Part shown: piece after piece, positions 8,935 to 18,980 of the stretch | How the letters are laid out: every line of letters starts with the position of its first letter | Numbering within the stretch: position 1 is the first letter of the stretch | NCBI GenBank assembly: GCA_937995535.1 | Contig: CALKJU010000067.1 | Coordinates: 25-64,024 of the forward strand | Source: an uncultured Alphaproteobacteria bacterium | GTDB taxonomy: Bacteria; Pseudomonadota; Alphaproteobacteria; Geminicoccales; Geminicoccaceae | Direction of reading: 5' to 3' | DNA length: 64,000 bases | Position numbers and translations under genes: made by a program | The notes under the pieces: model-generated | What the model was told of the DNA's origin: nothing | What the model saw: the letters and a program-made list of their open reading frames with translations, nothing else | Database searches by the model: none

Positions 8935-9888
8935 CTACATCATCCCCTGCTCACGATAGAAGCGCTCCGCACCGGGGTGGAGCGGCACCGGCATGCCCGA
9001 GAGCGCGTTCTCGAGGCTGATCGCCTTGGCCGCGGCGTGGGCGGCCGCGAGGCGGTCCAGGTTGGCGAACATCAGCGACGTCATGGCGTAGGCGAGATCG
9101 TCCGGAACGTCGCTGTGGGTGACCAGGTAGTTGGGTACGAGCGCGGTCGCGACGGCGGTGTCCTGACCCTGGTAGGTCCCGGCCGGGATCACCCCGGCCT
9201 GGAAGGGCGCGCCGACCTTCTCGATCAGCTCGGCCGGGATCTCGACGACCGTGATCGGGATGGCGGTGGCGAGATCGCGGATCGAGGCGACGCCGAGGCC
9301 GGCCGACTGCAGCGTCGCGTCGAGCTGGCGGTTCTTCATCAGCTCGACCGATTCGGCGAACGGCAGGTACTCGACCTTGCCGAGGTCGGCGTAGCTGATG
9401 CCGGCGGCGCCGAGGATCGCCCGGGCGTTCAGCTCGGTGCCCGACTTGGCGGCCCCGACGGAGAGCCGCTTGCCCTTGAGATCCTCGAGGTTGCGGATGC
9501 CCGATTCGGCGCTGGCGACGATCTGCACGTAGTTCGGATAGATCCCGGCCAGCCCGCGCAGCTTGTCGAGCTTGCCCTTGAAGCCGGCCTCCTCGTCGCC
9601 TTCCCAGGCGGCGAGCAGCGAATCGCCGAGCGTCAACGCCACCTCGCCCTTGCCCGCCTGGAGAAGGTTGAGGTTCTCGACGGAAGCCTTGGTCGCCTGG
9701 ACGGTGGGGCGGGCGTCGGCGATGCCCGCGGCGTAGATCTCGGTCAGCGCCACACCGATCGGGTAGTAGATGCCGGAGGTGCCGCCGGTCAGCACGTTGA
9801 TGAACTGCTCGGCGCGTGGGGCCGCCCAGGGCGCCACGGCCAGGGCGGCGGTCGCCAGCGCCAGCGCGCGGCGGCGGAGCTTGGTCAT
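8935..9888 (-). CDS. TAXI-family TRAP transporter solute-binding protein
   Basis: MTKLRRRALALATAALAVAPWAAPRAEQ signal, then TGGTSGIYYPIGVAL (TAXI hallmark). ATG 9888 is preceded by GGAGGA; the ORF is open to 9954. Confidence 0.9.
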   Translation of the reverse strand: MTKLRRRALALATAALAVAPWAAPRAEQFINVLTGGTSGIYYPIGVALTEIYAAGIADARPTVQATKASVENLNLLQAGKGEVALTLGDSLLAAWEGDEEAGFKGKLDKLRGLAGIYPNYVQIVASAESGIRNLEDLKGKRLSVGAAKSGTELNARAILGAAGISYADLGKVEYLPFAESVELMKNRQLDATLQSAGLGVASIRDLATAIPITVVEIPAELIEKVGAPFQAGVIPAGTYQGQDTAVATALVPNYLVTHSDVPDDLAYAMTSLMFANLDRLAAAHAAAKAISLENALSGMPVPLHPGAERFYREQGMM

Positions 9889-10035
9889 CGGTTCCTCCCG
9901 TCTGGTCGCGGCAACGCTGATAAATGGCCAGCGCAGCCTCGGCCTTCCTAGCATGGTCGGCGTGCCGCGTCAGACCCCGGGCGACCTTGGCGGCGTCGGG
10001 GCTACCGCCTATCGTCCGGTGGCGGAGGCGGAACC

Positions 10036-11232
10036 GTGAAGGCCTACGTCGTCGGCACCTTCGACACCAAGGGGCCGGAGCTGCTCTACATCGACAGCCT
10101 GCTGCGCGCGGCCGGGCTGGCGACGGTCCGGGTCGACGTCGGCACGCGCAGCGACGGCTCCCTCGCCGACGTCGGGCCGGCCGCGGTCGCGGCCCGCCAC
10201 CCTGACGGACCCGCCGCCGTTTTCCGCCACGACGACCGCGGCGCAGCGGTGGCGGCGATGGCCGAGGCCCTGGTGCACTTCATCGCCAGCCGCGACGATC
10301 TGGGCGGAATCATCGCGGCCGGCGGCTCGGGGAACACGGCGCTGGTGGCGCCGGCGATGCGCGCGCTGCCGGTCGGCACCCCCAAGGTGCTGGTCTCGAC
10401 GGTCGCCAGCGGCAACGTCGCACCCTATGTCGGCCCCGCCGACATCTGCCTGATCTACGCCGTGACCGACGTGCAGGGGCTGAACCGCATCTCACGCCGC
10501 GTGCTGGGCAACGCCGCGCATGCCCTGGCCGGGATGATGCGGCTGACCTTGCCGCCCGTTCCCGACACCACCAAGCCGGCCTTGGCGCTGACCATGTTCG
10601 GGGTCACCACGCCGTGCGTGCAGGCGGTCGCGCGGGCGCTCGAGCCCGACTATGACTGCCTCGTCTTCCACGCCACCGGCACCGGCGGCCGGTCGATGGA
10701 GAAGCTGGTCGACAGCGGCCTCGTCGCCGGCGTGATCGACGTCACGACGACGGAGGTCGCCGACGAGCTGGTCGGCGGCGTGCTGAGCGCCGGGCCGGAG
10801 CGGCTCGACGCGATCGCCCGCACGGGCGTGCCCTATGTCGGCTCGTGCGGCGCTCTCGACATGGTCAATTTCGGCGCCATGGACACCGTGCCGGACCGGT
10901 TCCGTGGGCGCCGGCTGCACGCCCACAACCCGCAGGTCACGCTGATGCGGACGACGGCCGAGGAGTGCGCCGCGATCGGCCGCTGGATCGGTGCCAAGCT
11001 CAACGCCTGCGCGGGCGAGGTGCGCTTCCTGCTCCCCGACGGCGGGCTCTCGGCCCTGGATGCCCCCGGCCAGCCGTTCCACGACCCCGAGGCCGATGCG
11101 GCCCTGTTCGCCGCCCTCGAGGCGACCGTGGTCGCGACGCCGAGGCGGCAGCTCCGCCGCCTGCCGCACGCCATCAACGAGCCGGCCTTCGCCGCGGCCC
11201 TGGTGGCGGCGTTCCGCGAGATCGCCGTCTGA
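10036..11232 (+). CDS. Tm-1-like ATP-binding protein (UPF0261 family)
   Basis: 398 aa. The N-terminus [19 protein letters not shown] and the later [27 protein letters not shown] are characteristic of UPF0261/Tm-1 N-terminal-half homologues. Confidence 0.8.
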   Translation: MKAYVVGTFDTKGPELLYIDSLLRAAGLATVRVDVGTRSDGSLADVGPAAVAARHPDGPAAVFRHDDRGAAVAAMAEALVHFIASRDDLGGIIAAGGSGNTALVAPAMRALPVGTPKVLVSTVASGNVAPYVGPADICLIYAVTDVQGLNRISRRVLGNAAHALAGMMRLTLPPVPDTTKPALALTMFGVTTPCVQAVARALEPDYDCLVFHATGTGGRSMEKLVDSGLVAGVIDVTTTEVADELVGGVLSAGPERLDAIARTGVPYVGSCGALDMVNFGAMDTVPDRFRGRRLHAHNPQVTLMRTTAEECAAIGRWIGAKLNACAGEVRFLLPDGGLSALDAPGQPFHDPEADAALFAALEATVVATPRRQLRRLPHAINEPAFAAALVAAFREIAV

Positions 11233-11245
11233 GCGGAGGAGCCCG

Positions 11246-12076
11246 ATGCCCCGTTTCGAGCGTGCCGCGCTGCTGGCGCGGTTCCAGGACATGGTGCGCC
11301 GCAGGGAGCCGATCGTCGGCGGCGGCGCGGGTACCGGCCTCTCCGCCAAGTGCGAGGAGGCCGGTGGGATCGATCTCATCGTCATCTACAACTCGGGCCG
11401 TTACCGGATGGCCGGGCGGGGCTCGCTGGCTGGGCTGCTCGCCTATGGCAACGCGAACGAGATCGTCGTCGAGATGGCGCGCGAGGTGCTGCCGGTGGTC
11501 CGGCGCACGCCCGTGCTGGCCGGTGTCAACGGCACCGACCCGTTCCTGCTCCGCGATCATTTCCTGCGTCAGCTCAAGGAGCTGGGCTTCTCGGGGGTGC
11601 AGAACTTCCCGACCGTAGGGCTGTTCGACGGGCGCATCCGGCAGAACCTCGAGGAGACCGGCATGGGCTACGGTCTCGAGGTCGACCTGATCCGCGCCGC
11701 CCATGCGCTCGACCTGCTGACCACGCCCTATGTGTTCAGCGCCGAAGAGGCGGTGGCCATGGCCGAGGCCGGCGCCGACATCCTGGTGGCGCACATGGGG
11801 CTGACCACCGGCGGCACGATCGGCGCCGGCACGGCGTCGCGGCTCGAGGACTGCCCGGCACTGGTCGACGCCTGGGCCGAGGCGGCGCTGCGGGTGCGCC
11901 CCGAGGTCATCGTGCTCTGTCATGGCGGGCCGATCGCGACCCCCGAGGATGCCGCCTACATGCTGCACCACTGCGTGCACTGCCACGGCTTCTACGGGGC
12001 CAGCTCGATGGAGCGGCTGCCGGCCGAGCAGGCGCTCACCGCGACCACCCGGAGCTTCAAGGCCCTGCGCTACTGA
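11246..12076 (+). CDS. phosphoenolpyruvate hydrolase-like TIM-barrel protein (PF09370; Tm-1 C-terminal-half homologue)
   Basis: Contains [41 protein letters not shown] and [10 protein letters not shown], as in PF09370. It starts 14 nt after the UPF0261 stop (ATG 11246). Confidence 0.8.
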   Translation: MPRFERAALLARFQDMVRRREPIVGGGAGTGLSAKCEEAGGIDLIVIYNSGRYRMAGRGSLAGLLAYGNANEIVVEMAREVLPVVRRTPVLAGVNGTDPFLLRDHFLRQLKELGFSGVQNFPTVGLFDGRIRQNLEETGMGYGLEVDLIRAAHALDLLTTPYVFSAEEAVAMAEAGADILVAHMGLTTGGTIGAGTASRLEDCPALVDAWAEAALRVRPEVIVLCHGGPIATPEDAAYMLHHCVHCHGFYGASSMERLPAEQALTATTRSFKALRY

Positions 12077-13860
12077 GGGGTCAGCGGCCAGAGCACCGGG
12101 ATCAAGAAGCTCGCGAGAATCCACAGCATCAGGTTCATCGGCGCGCCGACCTTGACGAAGTCGGTGAAGCGGTAGCCGCCGGCGTTGTAGACGAAGGTGT
12201 TGGTCTGGTAGCCGATCGGCGTGGCGAAGCTGGCGCTCGCCGCGAACATGATCGCGACCACGAACGGCCGCGGGTCGACGCCCAGCTGCTCGGCGATGCC
12301 GATGGCAATCGGCGTGATCAGGATCGCGGTCGCATTGTTGGAGATGAACTCGGTCAGCAGCATCGTCACGAAGTACACCATCGACAGGACGACGAGCGGG
12401 CCGAGGTCGCGGACCAGGGCGAACAGATGGTCGACGACGAACCGCGCCGCACCGCTCACCTCCATGGCATAGCCGATCCCGAGCATGCCGAAGATCAGCA
12501 TCAGCAGCGGCCACGGGATCGCCTGGTAGGCCTCGTCGGCCTCGAGGCAGCCGGTGACGATGATCAGCGTCGCTGCGATCATGGCGAGTGCGGCGATGGG
12601 CAGGATGTCGCCGGCGGCGAGCACCATCACGCCGAGAGCGATGCCCAGGGCGATCGGCGCCTTGTCGCGCCGTGGCGGGCGCTCGGTCGGCTCCGAGAGG
12701 TTGATCAGCGCGCGCTGCTCGAAGAGCTGCCGCAGCCCCTCCGGCGGCCCCTCGAGGAGCAGGGTGTCGCCGAACGACAGCCGGACCTGCTCGAAGTTCG
12801 CGCCCAGGTTCTCGCCGTGGCGGTGCATCGCCAGGATGTAGACGCCGTACAGCCGGCGCAGGTTGAGGTCGGCGACGCGGTGGCCGACGAAGCGCGACTG
12901 CGGCCCGACGATGCCCTCCATGATCACCGTGTTCTGCGCCGCGATCGGCTCGATGGCATGCGCCCCCTGCGCCTCGAACAGCACGTCGCCCTTGTCGCGC
13001 AGCGCCAGCACGTCGGCGGCATGGGTGCGGAGCACGACCCGGTCGCCGGGCACGAGCCGCAGCGTCGCGAGCTCGCCGGCCAGCGAGACGCGGTTGCGGA
13101 TCACGTCCACGACCCGCACCCCGAGCTTGCGCAGGAAGCCGGCCTCGTCGACCGTCTTGCCGATCAGCGGCGAGCCGTGCGGGACGAGCACCTCGGCGAG
13201 GAACTGCCGCTTCGAGGTATCCGGCATCACCGTCGAGAAGGTCTCCCGGACCGGGATCAGATGGCGGCCGATCAGCGCTAGGTAGCTGAGCCCGGCCACC
13301 CCGTAGAGCAGCCCCATCCAGGTGATCTCGAAGATGCCGAAGGGGGCAAGCCCGCGGCTGCGCGCCACGCCGTCGACGATGATGTTGGTCGAGGTGCCGA
13401 TCAGCGTGCAGGTGCCGCCGAGGATCGTCGCATAGGAGAGCGGCATCAAATAGCGCGACGGCGAGGATTTCTGGGCGTTGGCCAGCGCGATCACCACCGG
13501 TGTCAGGATCACCACGACCGGTGTGTTGTTGATGAACGCCGACAGCACCATCGCGCCGCCCATCACCACCAGCAGGCTGCGCAGCGGGTTGCTCGCGGCG
13601 CGGCTGGTGACGGCGCGGCCCAGCGTGTCGATCACGCCCGTCCGGTCGAGCGCGGTGCTGATGACGAACATGCAGGCGACCGTGATCGGCGCGCTGTTCG
13701 AGAACACCTTGAGCATGTCCTGCACGGGCAGGACGCCGAGCGCCATGAGCAGGCAGCAGGCCGACAGCGCCACCACGTCCGGCCGGATCCGCTCCTGCAC
13801 GAAGGCCACGAACACGGCGACGAGCACGAGCAGGACGATGGCGATCTGCAGGTTGTGCAT
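12070..13860 (-). CDS. SLC13/DASS-family permease with two TrkA-C domains (paralogue of 4577-6406)
   Basis: 596 aa with the same architecture: membrane half, two RCK-C-like repeats ([22 protein letters not shown].. and [35 protein letters not shown]), then membrane half. Confidence 0.85.
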   Translation of the reverse strand: MHNLQIAIVLLVLVAVFVAFVQERIRPDVVALSACCLLMALGVLPVQDMLKVFSNSAPITVACMFVISTALDRTGVIDTLGRAVTSRAASNPLRSLLVVMGGAMVLSAFINNTPVVVILTPVVIALANAQKSSPSRYLMPLSYATILGGTCTLIGTSTNIIVDGVARSRGLAPFGIFEITWMGLLYGVAGLSYLALIGRHLIPVRETFSTVMPDTSKRQFLAEVLVPHGSPLIGKTVDEAGFLRKLGVRVVDVIRNRVSLAGELATLRLVPGDRVVLRTHAADVLALRDKGDVLFEAQGAHAIEPIAAQNTVIMEGIVGPQSRFVGHRVADLNLRRLYGVYILAMHRHGENLGANFEQVRLSFGDTLLLEGPPEGLRQLFEQRALINLSEPTERPPRRDKAPIALGIALGVMVLAAGDILPIAALAMIAATLIIVTGCLEADEAYQAIPWPLLMLIFGMLGIGYAMEVSGAARFVVDHLFALVRDLGPLVVLSMVYFVTMLLTEFISNNATAILITPIAIGIAEQLGVDPRPFVVAIMFAASASFATPIGYQTNTFVYNAGGYRFTDFVKVGAPMNLMLWILASFLIPVLWPLTPQ

Positions 13861-14021
13861 GCTCCCGGCGGGGCTGCGGGCGGCGGCGGATGGCGCGGCG
13901 CCGCAGATCGGTAGCCAGAACCCGGGCGGCTGTCCATCCGCGCCGGGTGCTCGTTAGCTCGCCGTTAACGGCGATGATGCGAGACAGGGACCCGGCGCGG
14001 GGGCGCGTCGGGAGACCAGAC

Positions 14022-15488
14022 ATGGTGAGCGCGAGCGCGGCTCGTCACCAAGGCAGCGGGGTGGACACGCGGCTCGATCCGCGGCTGCCGGCCACGGCCG
14101 AGCTGTTCCTCGGCCTGCCCGGCGAGGTCGCGATCTGCGTCGCCAACGACCTCGCCAGCGTGACGACCTACGTCCTCGCCGAGCAGGAAGACTGGTTCGA
14201 GCCCGAGCTGGACTTCGTCCGCCGCTGGTTCGGTCCGGGCATGCGCGCCATCGACGTCGGCGCGAACCACGGCGTCTACGCGCTGACCCTGGCCCGCCTC
14301 GCCGGTGGCGACGGTCTGGTCGTCGCCGTCGAGCCGGGGGCGGAGGTCGCGGGGCGGCTCGAGCGTGGCATCGCCCGCAACGGGGTCGCCTGCCGGCTGG
14401 TCCGCGCCGCCATCGCCGACACCGTCGGCTCCGGGACCCTCCACCACCGCGGCGGCAGCGAGCTCGCGAGCCTCGTGGCCTCCGCTGCCGGGCCCAGCGA
14501 GCCGGTCGCCGTCACCACCCTCGACGCGCTGTGGCGCGAGCTCGGCGAGCCGCCGCTCGACTTCCTCAAGCTCGACGTCGAGGGCCTCGAGCCGCAGGCG
14601 CTGCGCGGCGGAGCGCGGCTGCTCGCCCGGGCCGCGCCGCTGGTGATGCTCGAAATCAGCGGCGATCCGGCCCGGTTGCCGGAACTGACTCCGCTGCTCG
14701 CAGCGCAAGGCTACGAGCTCTATCGCCTGCTGCCCGGCGCGGGCGTGCTGGTGCCGCTCGTCGCCGAGGAGCTGTCGGCGTTCCAGCTCAACATCCTCGC
14801 CTGCCCGGCGGAGCGGGCGGCTGCGCTCGAGGCCGCCGGGCTGCTCGTGCGCGCCGATGCGGCGTCACCCCCGCCGGCGTCCGCGGCGGAGGCGCGCGCG
14901 GCGCTCGCCGCGCTCCCCTGCTGGGCCGGCGCCGACCCGGCGCCGCTCGACGCCCTCGCCGCCGGCAGCCCGATCCTCCACGCGCTGCGGAGCCGACGGG
15001 CCGAGCCGGCAACGGCGATCGGCGACCAGCGCCGCGTCGCCACTGATCCCGGGATCGACGGGGCCGGTCCGGCCGCGGCGGCGCTGCTCGCCAGCCTCGC
15101 CCGCTGCGCCGCCGCCCTCGGCTGGCGCGAGCGCGCGCTGGGAGCGCTCGGCCAGCTCGACGGCGGGCTCGACCGTGGCTGGCACACGGAACTGCCCTTC
15201 CTGCCGGTACTGCCGCGCTACGACGGCATCGATCCGGGGGCCGAGCGGGCGGAATGGCTGCGGCTGATGACCGTCGAGGGCTTGGTCCTCCTGCACTGCC
15301 ACTCGACCCGCTTCGGCCGCGGCGATGCCCTGGGGCTGCTGGAGCGCTGGCGCCACAGCCGGTTCTTCTCCGCCGCGCTCGAGCGGCGTCGGCAGCTCCT
15401 GTCGATCCGCTTCGGGCTGCAGGCGGGGCTGCTCGCGACCGAGCCCTTGCGCCGCGAGCCCGGCCTGAACCGCGACCTCTACCGCTAG
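14022..15488 (+). CDS. FkbM-family SAM-dependent methyltransferase with about 270-aa uncharacterised C-terminal extension
   Basis: Contains TTYVLAEQEDWFEPELDFVRRWF and AIDVGANHGVYALTLARL (SAM motif I). ATG 14022 follows GGGAGA; the ORF is open from 13890. The C-terminal half matches nothing I recognise. Confidence 0.7.
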   Translation: MVSASAARHQGSGVDTRLDPRLPATAELFLGLPGEVAICVANDLASVTTYVLAEQEDWFEPELDFVRRWFGPGMRAIDVGANHGVYALTLARLAGGDGLVVAVEPGAEVAGRLERGIARNGVACRLVRAAIADTVGSGTLHHRGGSELASLVASAAGPSEPVAVTTLDALWRELGEPPLDFLKLDVEGLEPQALRGGARLLARAAPLVMLEISGDPARLPELTPLLAAQGYELYRLLPGAGVLVPLVAEELSAFQLNILACPAERAAALEAAGLLVRADAASPPPASAAEARAALAALPCWAGADPAPLDALAAGSPILHALRSRRAEPATAIGDQRRVATDPGIDGAGPAAAALLASLARCAAALGWRERALGALGQLDGGLDRGWHTELPFLPVLPRYDGIDPGAERAEWLRLMTVEGLVLLHCHSTRFGRGDALGLLERWRHSRFFSAALERRRQLLSIRFGLQAGLLATEPLRREPGLNRDLYR

Positions 15489-15576
15489 GCGGCGCGGCCG
15501 ACCCCCTTCTCATTTCGACCCGAGCCCCTATCCTCGCACCGGTCCGCCGATAGCCCGGCCGGCCAAGGGGGAGGCG

Positions 15577-16110
15577 ATGCTGATCGGTCTCGATCCGCTG
15601 CTCGGCGGCGATGCCCTGGCCGTGCTCCGCGACATGGGCCACGGTGATTCCGTGGCCATCGTCGACGCCAATTTCCCGGCCCATTTCCTCGGCCCGCCGG
15701 TGATCCGCCTCGACTGCGACATCGTGCGTGCCGGCCGCGCCATCCTCTCGCTGATGCCGCTCGACGCGTTCGTCGAGGCGCCGCTCGCGCGGATGGAGGT
15801 GATCGGGCGGCCGCGCGAGATCGTCGAGGCCCAGGCCGAGTTCCTGGCGATGGTCGAGAGCGTCGCCGGGCCGGGCTGGCCGGCCGGCTCGCTGGAGCGC
15901 TTCGCCTTCTACGAGGCGGCACGCGACTGCGTGACCATCTTCGCCACTCTCGACCGCCGCGCCTATGCCAACTTCATCCTCGTCAAGGGCGTGCTCGGAG
16001 CGGACGACTCGGTCGTTCGCAGCGGACCGGGCACGATCGCCGAGCCGCGCGGCACGGCCCGGCGTGGGCCTCCGGTCGCGCGCCCGCCCACCAGACTGGG
16101 ACGACGCTGA
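15577..16110 (+). CDS. RbsD/FucU-family sugar mutarotase-like protein
   Basis: Contains LLGGDALAVLRDMGHGDSVAIVDANFPA and YANFILVKGV, typical of RbsD/FucU. It carries an about 35-aa Arg/Pro-rich tail that runs to the ATGA-type junction with the next gene. Confidence 0.75.
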   Translation: MLIGLDPLLGGDALAVLRDMGHGDSVAIVDANFPAHFLGPPVIRLDCDIVRAGRAILSLMPLDAFVEAPLARMEVIGRPREIVEAQAEFLAMVESVAGPGWPAGSLERFAFYEAARDCVTIFATLDRRAYANFILVKGVLGADDSVVRSGPGTIAEPRGTARRGPPVARPPTRLGRR

Positions 16111-17021
16111 TGCGACGGATTTCGATCGGCAGCTGGGCGTACAATGTCGGGCCCTATGGTGCCTCGCCCGTGCCCTTCCCGACGGTGCTGGAGAAGCTCC
16201 AGGAGCTGCGCTTCGACGGGATCGAACTGGGCGGCTTCAACGGCTATCCCAATCCGCAGAACCATCCGACCGCGGAGGACCGGGCGCGGCTCAAGGAGCA
16301 GGTGGCGGCGCACGGCCTCGCCTTCTCCGGCTTCGCGCAGGATCTGTGGAGCGAGCATCTGCTCGACACCCGCGACCCGGCCGCCTATGTCGCCGCGTTC
16401 GAGGCGAACGTGCGCTTCGCCGCCGATCTCGGCATCGCCGGGATCCGCGTCGACACCGTCCAGCCGCCGACGATCCACCGCGAGGTCGAGTACGACGAGC
16501 TCCTGCGTCGCCTGGTCACGGTCTGGGACCGCTGCATCCGCTACGCCGCCGACCACGGCCTCTACGTCACCTGGGAGTTCGAGCCCGGATTCGCGTTCAA
16601 CAAGCCGTCCGACATTCAGCGGGTCCTCGACCGGCTGCCGCACGAGAGCTTCGGGGTCCTCTACGACACCTGCCACGGCCAGATGGTGGCCGTCGTCGGT
16701 GCACGCCAGGAGGGCAAGCGCGAGACCTTGCCGGGTGGCCAGCTCGAGCTGATCCGGCGTCTGTCCGGGCGGATCAACCATATCCACCTCATCGACAGCG
16801 ACGACAGCTGCCACAAGGACGTGCAGGGCAACGACGAGACCAGCGCCCACCCGCCGTTCGGGCTGGGCCATCTCGACTTCGACGCGATCGTCCCGGCGCT
16901 CGCCCGCGAGCCCGTCGGCCACGATTGGTGGACCATCGATCTCTGCTTCTGGCCCGACGCCTGGGAGGCGACCGCGACCTGCAAGGCCGCGATCGACGAG
17001 CTCAACCGTAAGTACGGGTGA
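16110..17021 (+). CDS. sugar phosphate isomerase/epimerase (xylose-isomerase-like TIM barrel)
   Basis: 303 aa. Contains FDGIELGG, a WEFEPGF-type metal-site segment and HIHLIDSD, typical of AP_endonuc_2/TIM-barrel isomerases. Confidence 0.8.
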   Translation: MRRISIGSWAYNVGPYGASPVPFPTVLEKLQELRFDGIELGGFNGYPNPQNHPTAEDRARLKEQVAAHGLAFSGFAQDLWSEHLLDTRDPAAYVAAFEANVRFAADLGIAGIRVDTVQPPTIHREVEYDELLRRLVTVWDRCIRYAADHGLYVTWEFEPGFAFNKPSDIQRVLDRLPHESFGVLYDTCHGQMVAVVGARQEGKRETLPGGQLELIRRLSGRINHIHLIDSDDSCHKDVQGNDETSAHPPFGLGHLDFDAIVPALAREPVGHDWWTIDLCFWPDAWEATATCKAAIDELNRKYG

Positions 17022-17029
17022 GGTGCGCC

Positions 17030-17878
17030 ATGCGGATCGGCTTCAACCTGCTCTTGTGGACGACCCATGTCAGCGAGGAGCACTTCCCGCTGTTCGCGCA
17101 GCTGCGCAAGGTCGGCTACGATGGCGTCGAGATCCCGCTCTTCGAGGGCACCGAGGCGCACTACCGGCATGTCGGCGAGGCGCTCCGTGATGCCGGCCTT
17201 GCCGCCACCGGGGTGACCGTCCTGCCCGACGAGCAGCACAGCGCCATCAGCAGCAATCCCGCGGCGCGGAAGGGCGCGTTGGATCGCATCCGCTGGGCGG
17301 TCGACTGCCTGCACGCCCTGGGCGGCGAGCTGCTCGCTGGACCGTTCCACCAGCCGCTCGGGGTGTTCAGCGGCGAGCCGCCGACCGCGGCGGAGAAGGA
17401 CAACCTCGTCAAGGTGCACGCCGCGGCCGCCGATCACGCCGCCGCCGCCGGCATCGCCCTGTCCGTCGAGCCGCTGAACCGCTTCGAATGCTACGTGCTC
17501 AACACGGTCGCCGACGCGGCCGAAATCGTGCGCCGGGTCGACCGGCCGAACTACGGTCTGCTCTACGATACCTTCCATGCCAACATCGAGGAGAAGGAGC
17601 CGGTCGGTGTGATCGGCCGCCACATCGCGGCGATCAACCATGTCCATGTCTCCGAGAACGACCGCGGTACTCCGGGCAAGGGCCACGTGCCGTTCGCCGC
17701 GACGTTCAAGGCGCTCAAGGCCGGCGGCTACGACGGCTGGTTGACCATCGAGGCGTTCGGCCGGGCGTTGCCGGCGCTGGCCGCGGCGACCCGGGTGTGG
17801 CGCGACTTCTTCCCCTCGCGCGAGGAGGTCTACACGTTCGGGTTCAAGACCGTCCGCAGCGGCTGGGACAAGGCCTGA
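17030..17878 (+). CDS. sugar phosphate isomerase/epimerase (TIM barrel)
   Basis: MRIGFNLLLWT.., YDGVEIPL, ALSVEPLNRFE, HVHVSENDRGTPGKG, LTIEAF: the hydroxypyruvate-isomerase/epimerase-like pattern. ATG 17030, or GTG 17018. Confidence 0.8.
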   Translation: MRIGFNLLLWTTHVSEEHFPLFAQLRKVGYDGVEIPLFEGTEAHYRHVGEALRDAGLAATGVTVLPDEQHSAISSNPAARKGALDRIRWAVDCLHALGGELLAGPFHQPLGVFSGEPPTAAEKDNLVKVHAAAADHAAAAGIALSVEPLNRFECYVLNTVADAAEIVRRVDRPNYGLLYDTFHANIEEKEPVGVIGRHIAAINHVHVSENDRGTPGKGHVPFAATFKALKAGGYDGWLTIEAFGRALPALAAATRVWRDFFPSREEVYTFGFKTVRSGWDKA

Positions 17879-17906
17879 GGCCGCCCAAGAGCAACCGGAG
17901 GCGAGC

Positions 17907-18965
17907 ATGAGGACGATCAAGGGACCCGCCATCTTCCTGGCGCAGTTCGCGAGCGACAACGCGCCGTTCAACAGCCTGGACGGGATCGCCGGCTGGGCCG
18001 CCGGGCTCGGCTATGCCGGGATCCAGATCCCGACCTGGGACGGGCGCCTGTTCGACCTCAAGAAGGCTGCCGAGAGCCGGGCCTATTGCGACGAGATCAA
18101 GGGGCTGCTCGCCGGGCACGGGCTCGAGATCACCGAGCTGTCGACCCATCTCCAAGGTCAGCTGGTCGCCGTCCATCCGGCCTATGACGAGGGCTTCGAC
18201 GCCTTCGCCGCGCCGGAGGTGCGCGGCAACCCGCAGGCCCGGCAAGCCTGGGCCGTCGAGCAGATGCGGCTCGCCGCCAAGGCCTCGCGCAATCTCGGGC
18301 TCAGCGCCAGCGTCACCTTCAGCGGCGCGCTTGCCTACCCGTACATGTATCCCTGGCCGCCGCGGCCCAAGGGGTTGATCGAGACGGCGTTCGCCGAACT
18401 CGCGCGGCGCTGGCGGCCGATCCTCGACGCCTACGACGCGGCCGGCGTCGATCTCTGCTACGAGATCCATCCCGGCGAGGACCTGTTCGACGGCGCGACC
18501 TTCGAGCGGTTCCTCGAGGCGGTCGGCAACCATCCGCGCTGCGCGATCAACTACGACCCGTCGCACTTCGTCCTGCAGGCGCTGGACTATCTTGCCTTCA
18601 TCGACATCTACCACGAGCGTATCAGGGCGTTTCACGTCAAGGACGCGGAGCTGAACCCGACCGGCCGACAGGGCGTCTATGGCGGCTTTGCGTCCTGGGT
18701 CGACCGTGCCGGCCGGTTCCGTTCGCTCGGCGACGGGCAGGTCGACTTCGCCGGCATCTTCAGCAAGCTCACCGCCTACGGCTATGGCAGCTGGGCGGTG
18801 CTCGAGTGGGAATGCTGCCTCAAGCACCCCGAGGACGGGGCGCGCGAGGGGGCCGAGTTCATCCGCAGCCACATCATCCGCGTGACGGAGACGGCGTTCG
18901 ACGATTTCGCCGCCGGCGCGGCCGACGAGGCCGCCAACCGGCGCGCGCTCGGTCTCGATCGCTGA
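17907..18965 (+). CDS. sugar phosphate isomerase/epimerase family protein (long 350-aa type usually paired with a Gfo/Idh/MocA oxidoreductase)
   Basis: 352 aa. Contains YAGIQIP, LCYEIHPGEDLFD, NYDPSHFVLQ, FHVKDAE and VLEWECC. The next gene, 15 nt downstream, is a Gfo/Idh/MocA oxidoreductase. Confidence 0.8.
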   Translation: MRTIKGPAIFLAQFASDNAPFNSLDGIAGWAAGLGYAGIQIPTWDGRLFDLKKAAESRAYCDEIKGLLAGHGLEITELSTHLQGQLVAVHPAYDEGFDAFAAPEVRGNPQARQAWAVEQMRLAAKASRNLGLSASVTFSGALAYPYMYPWPPRPKGLIETAFAELARRWRPILDAYDAAGVDLCYEIHPGEDLFDGATFERFLEAVGNHPRCAINYDPSHFVLQALDYLAFIDIYHERIRAFHVKDAELNPTGRQGVYGGFASWVDRAGRFRSLGDGQVDFAGIFSKLTAYGYGSWAVLEWECCLKHPEDGAREGAEFIRSHIIRVTETAFDDFAAGAADEAANRRALGLDR

Positions 18966-18980
18966 GCGGGGAGGGCGGTC

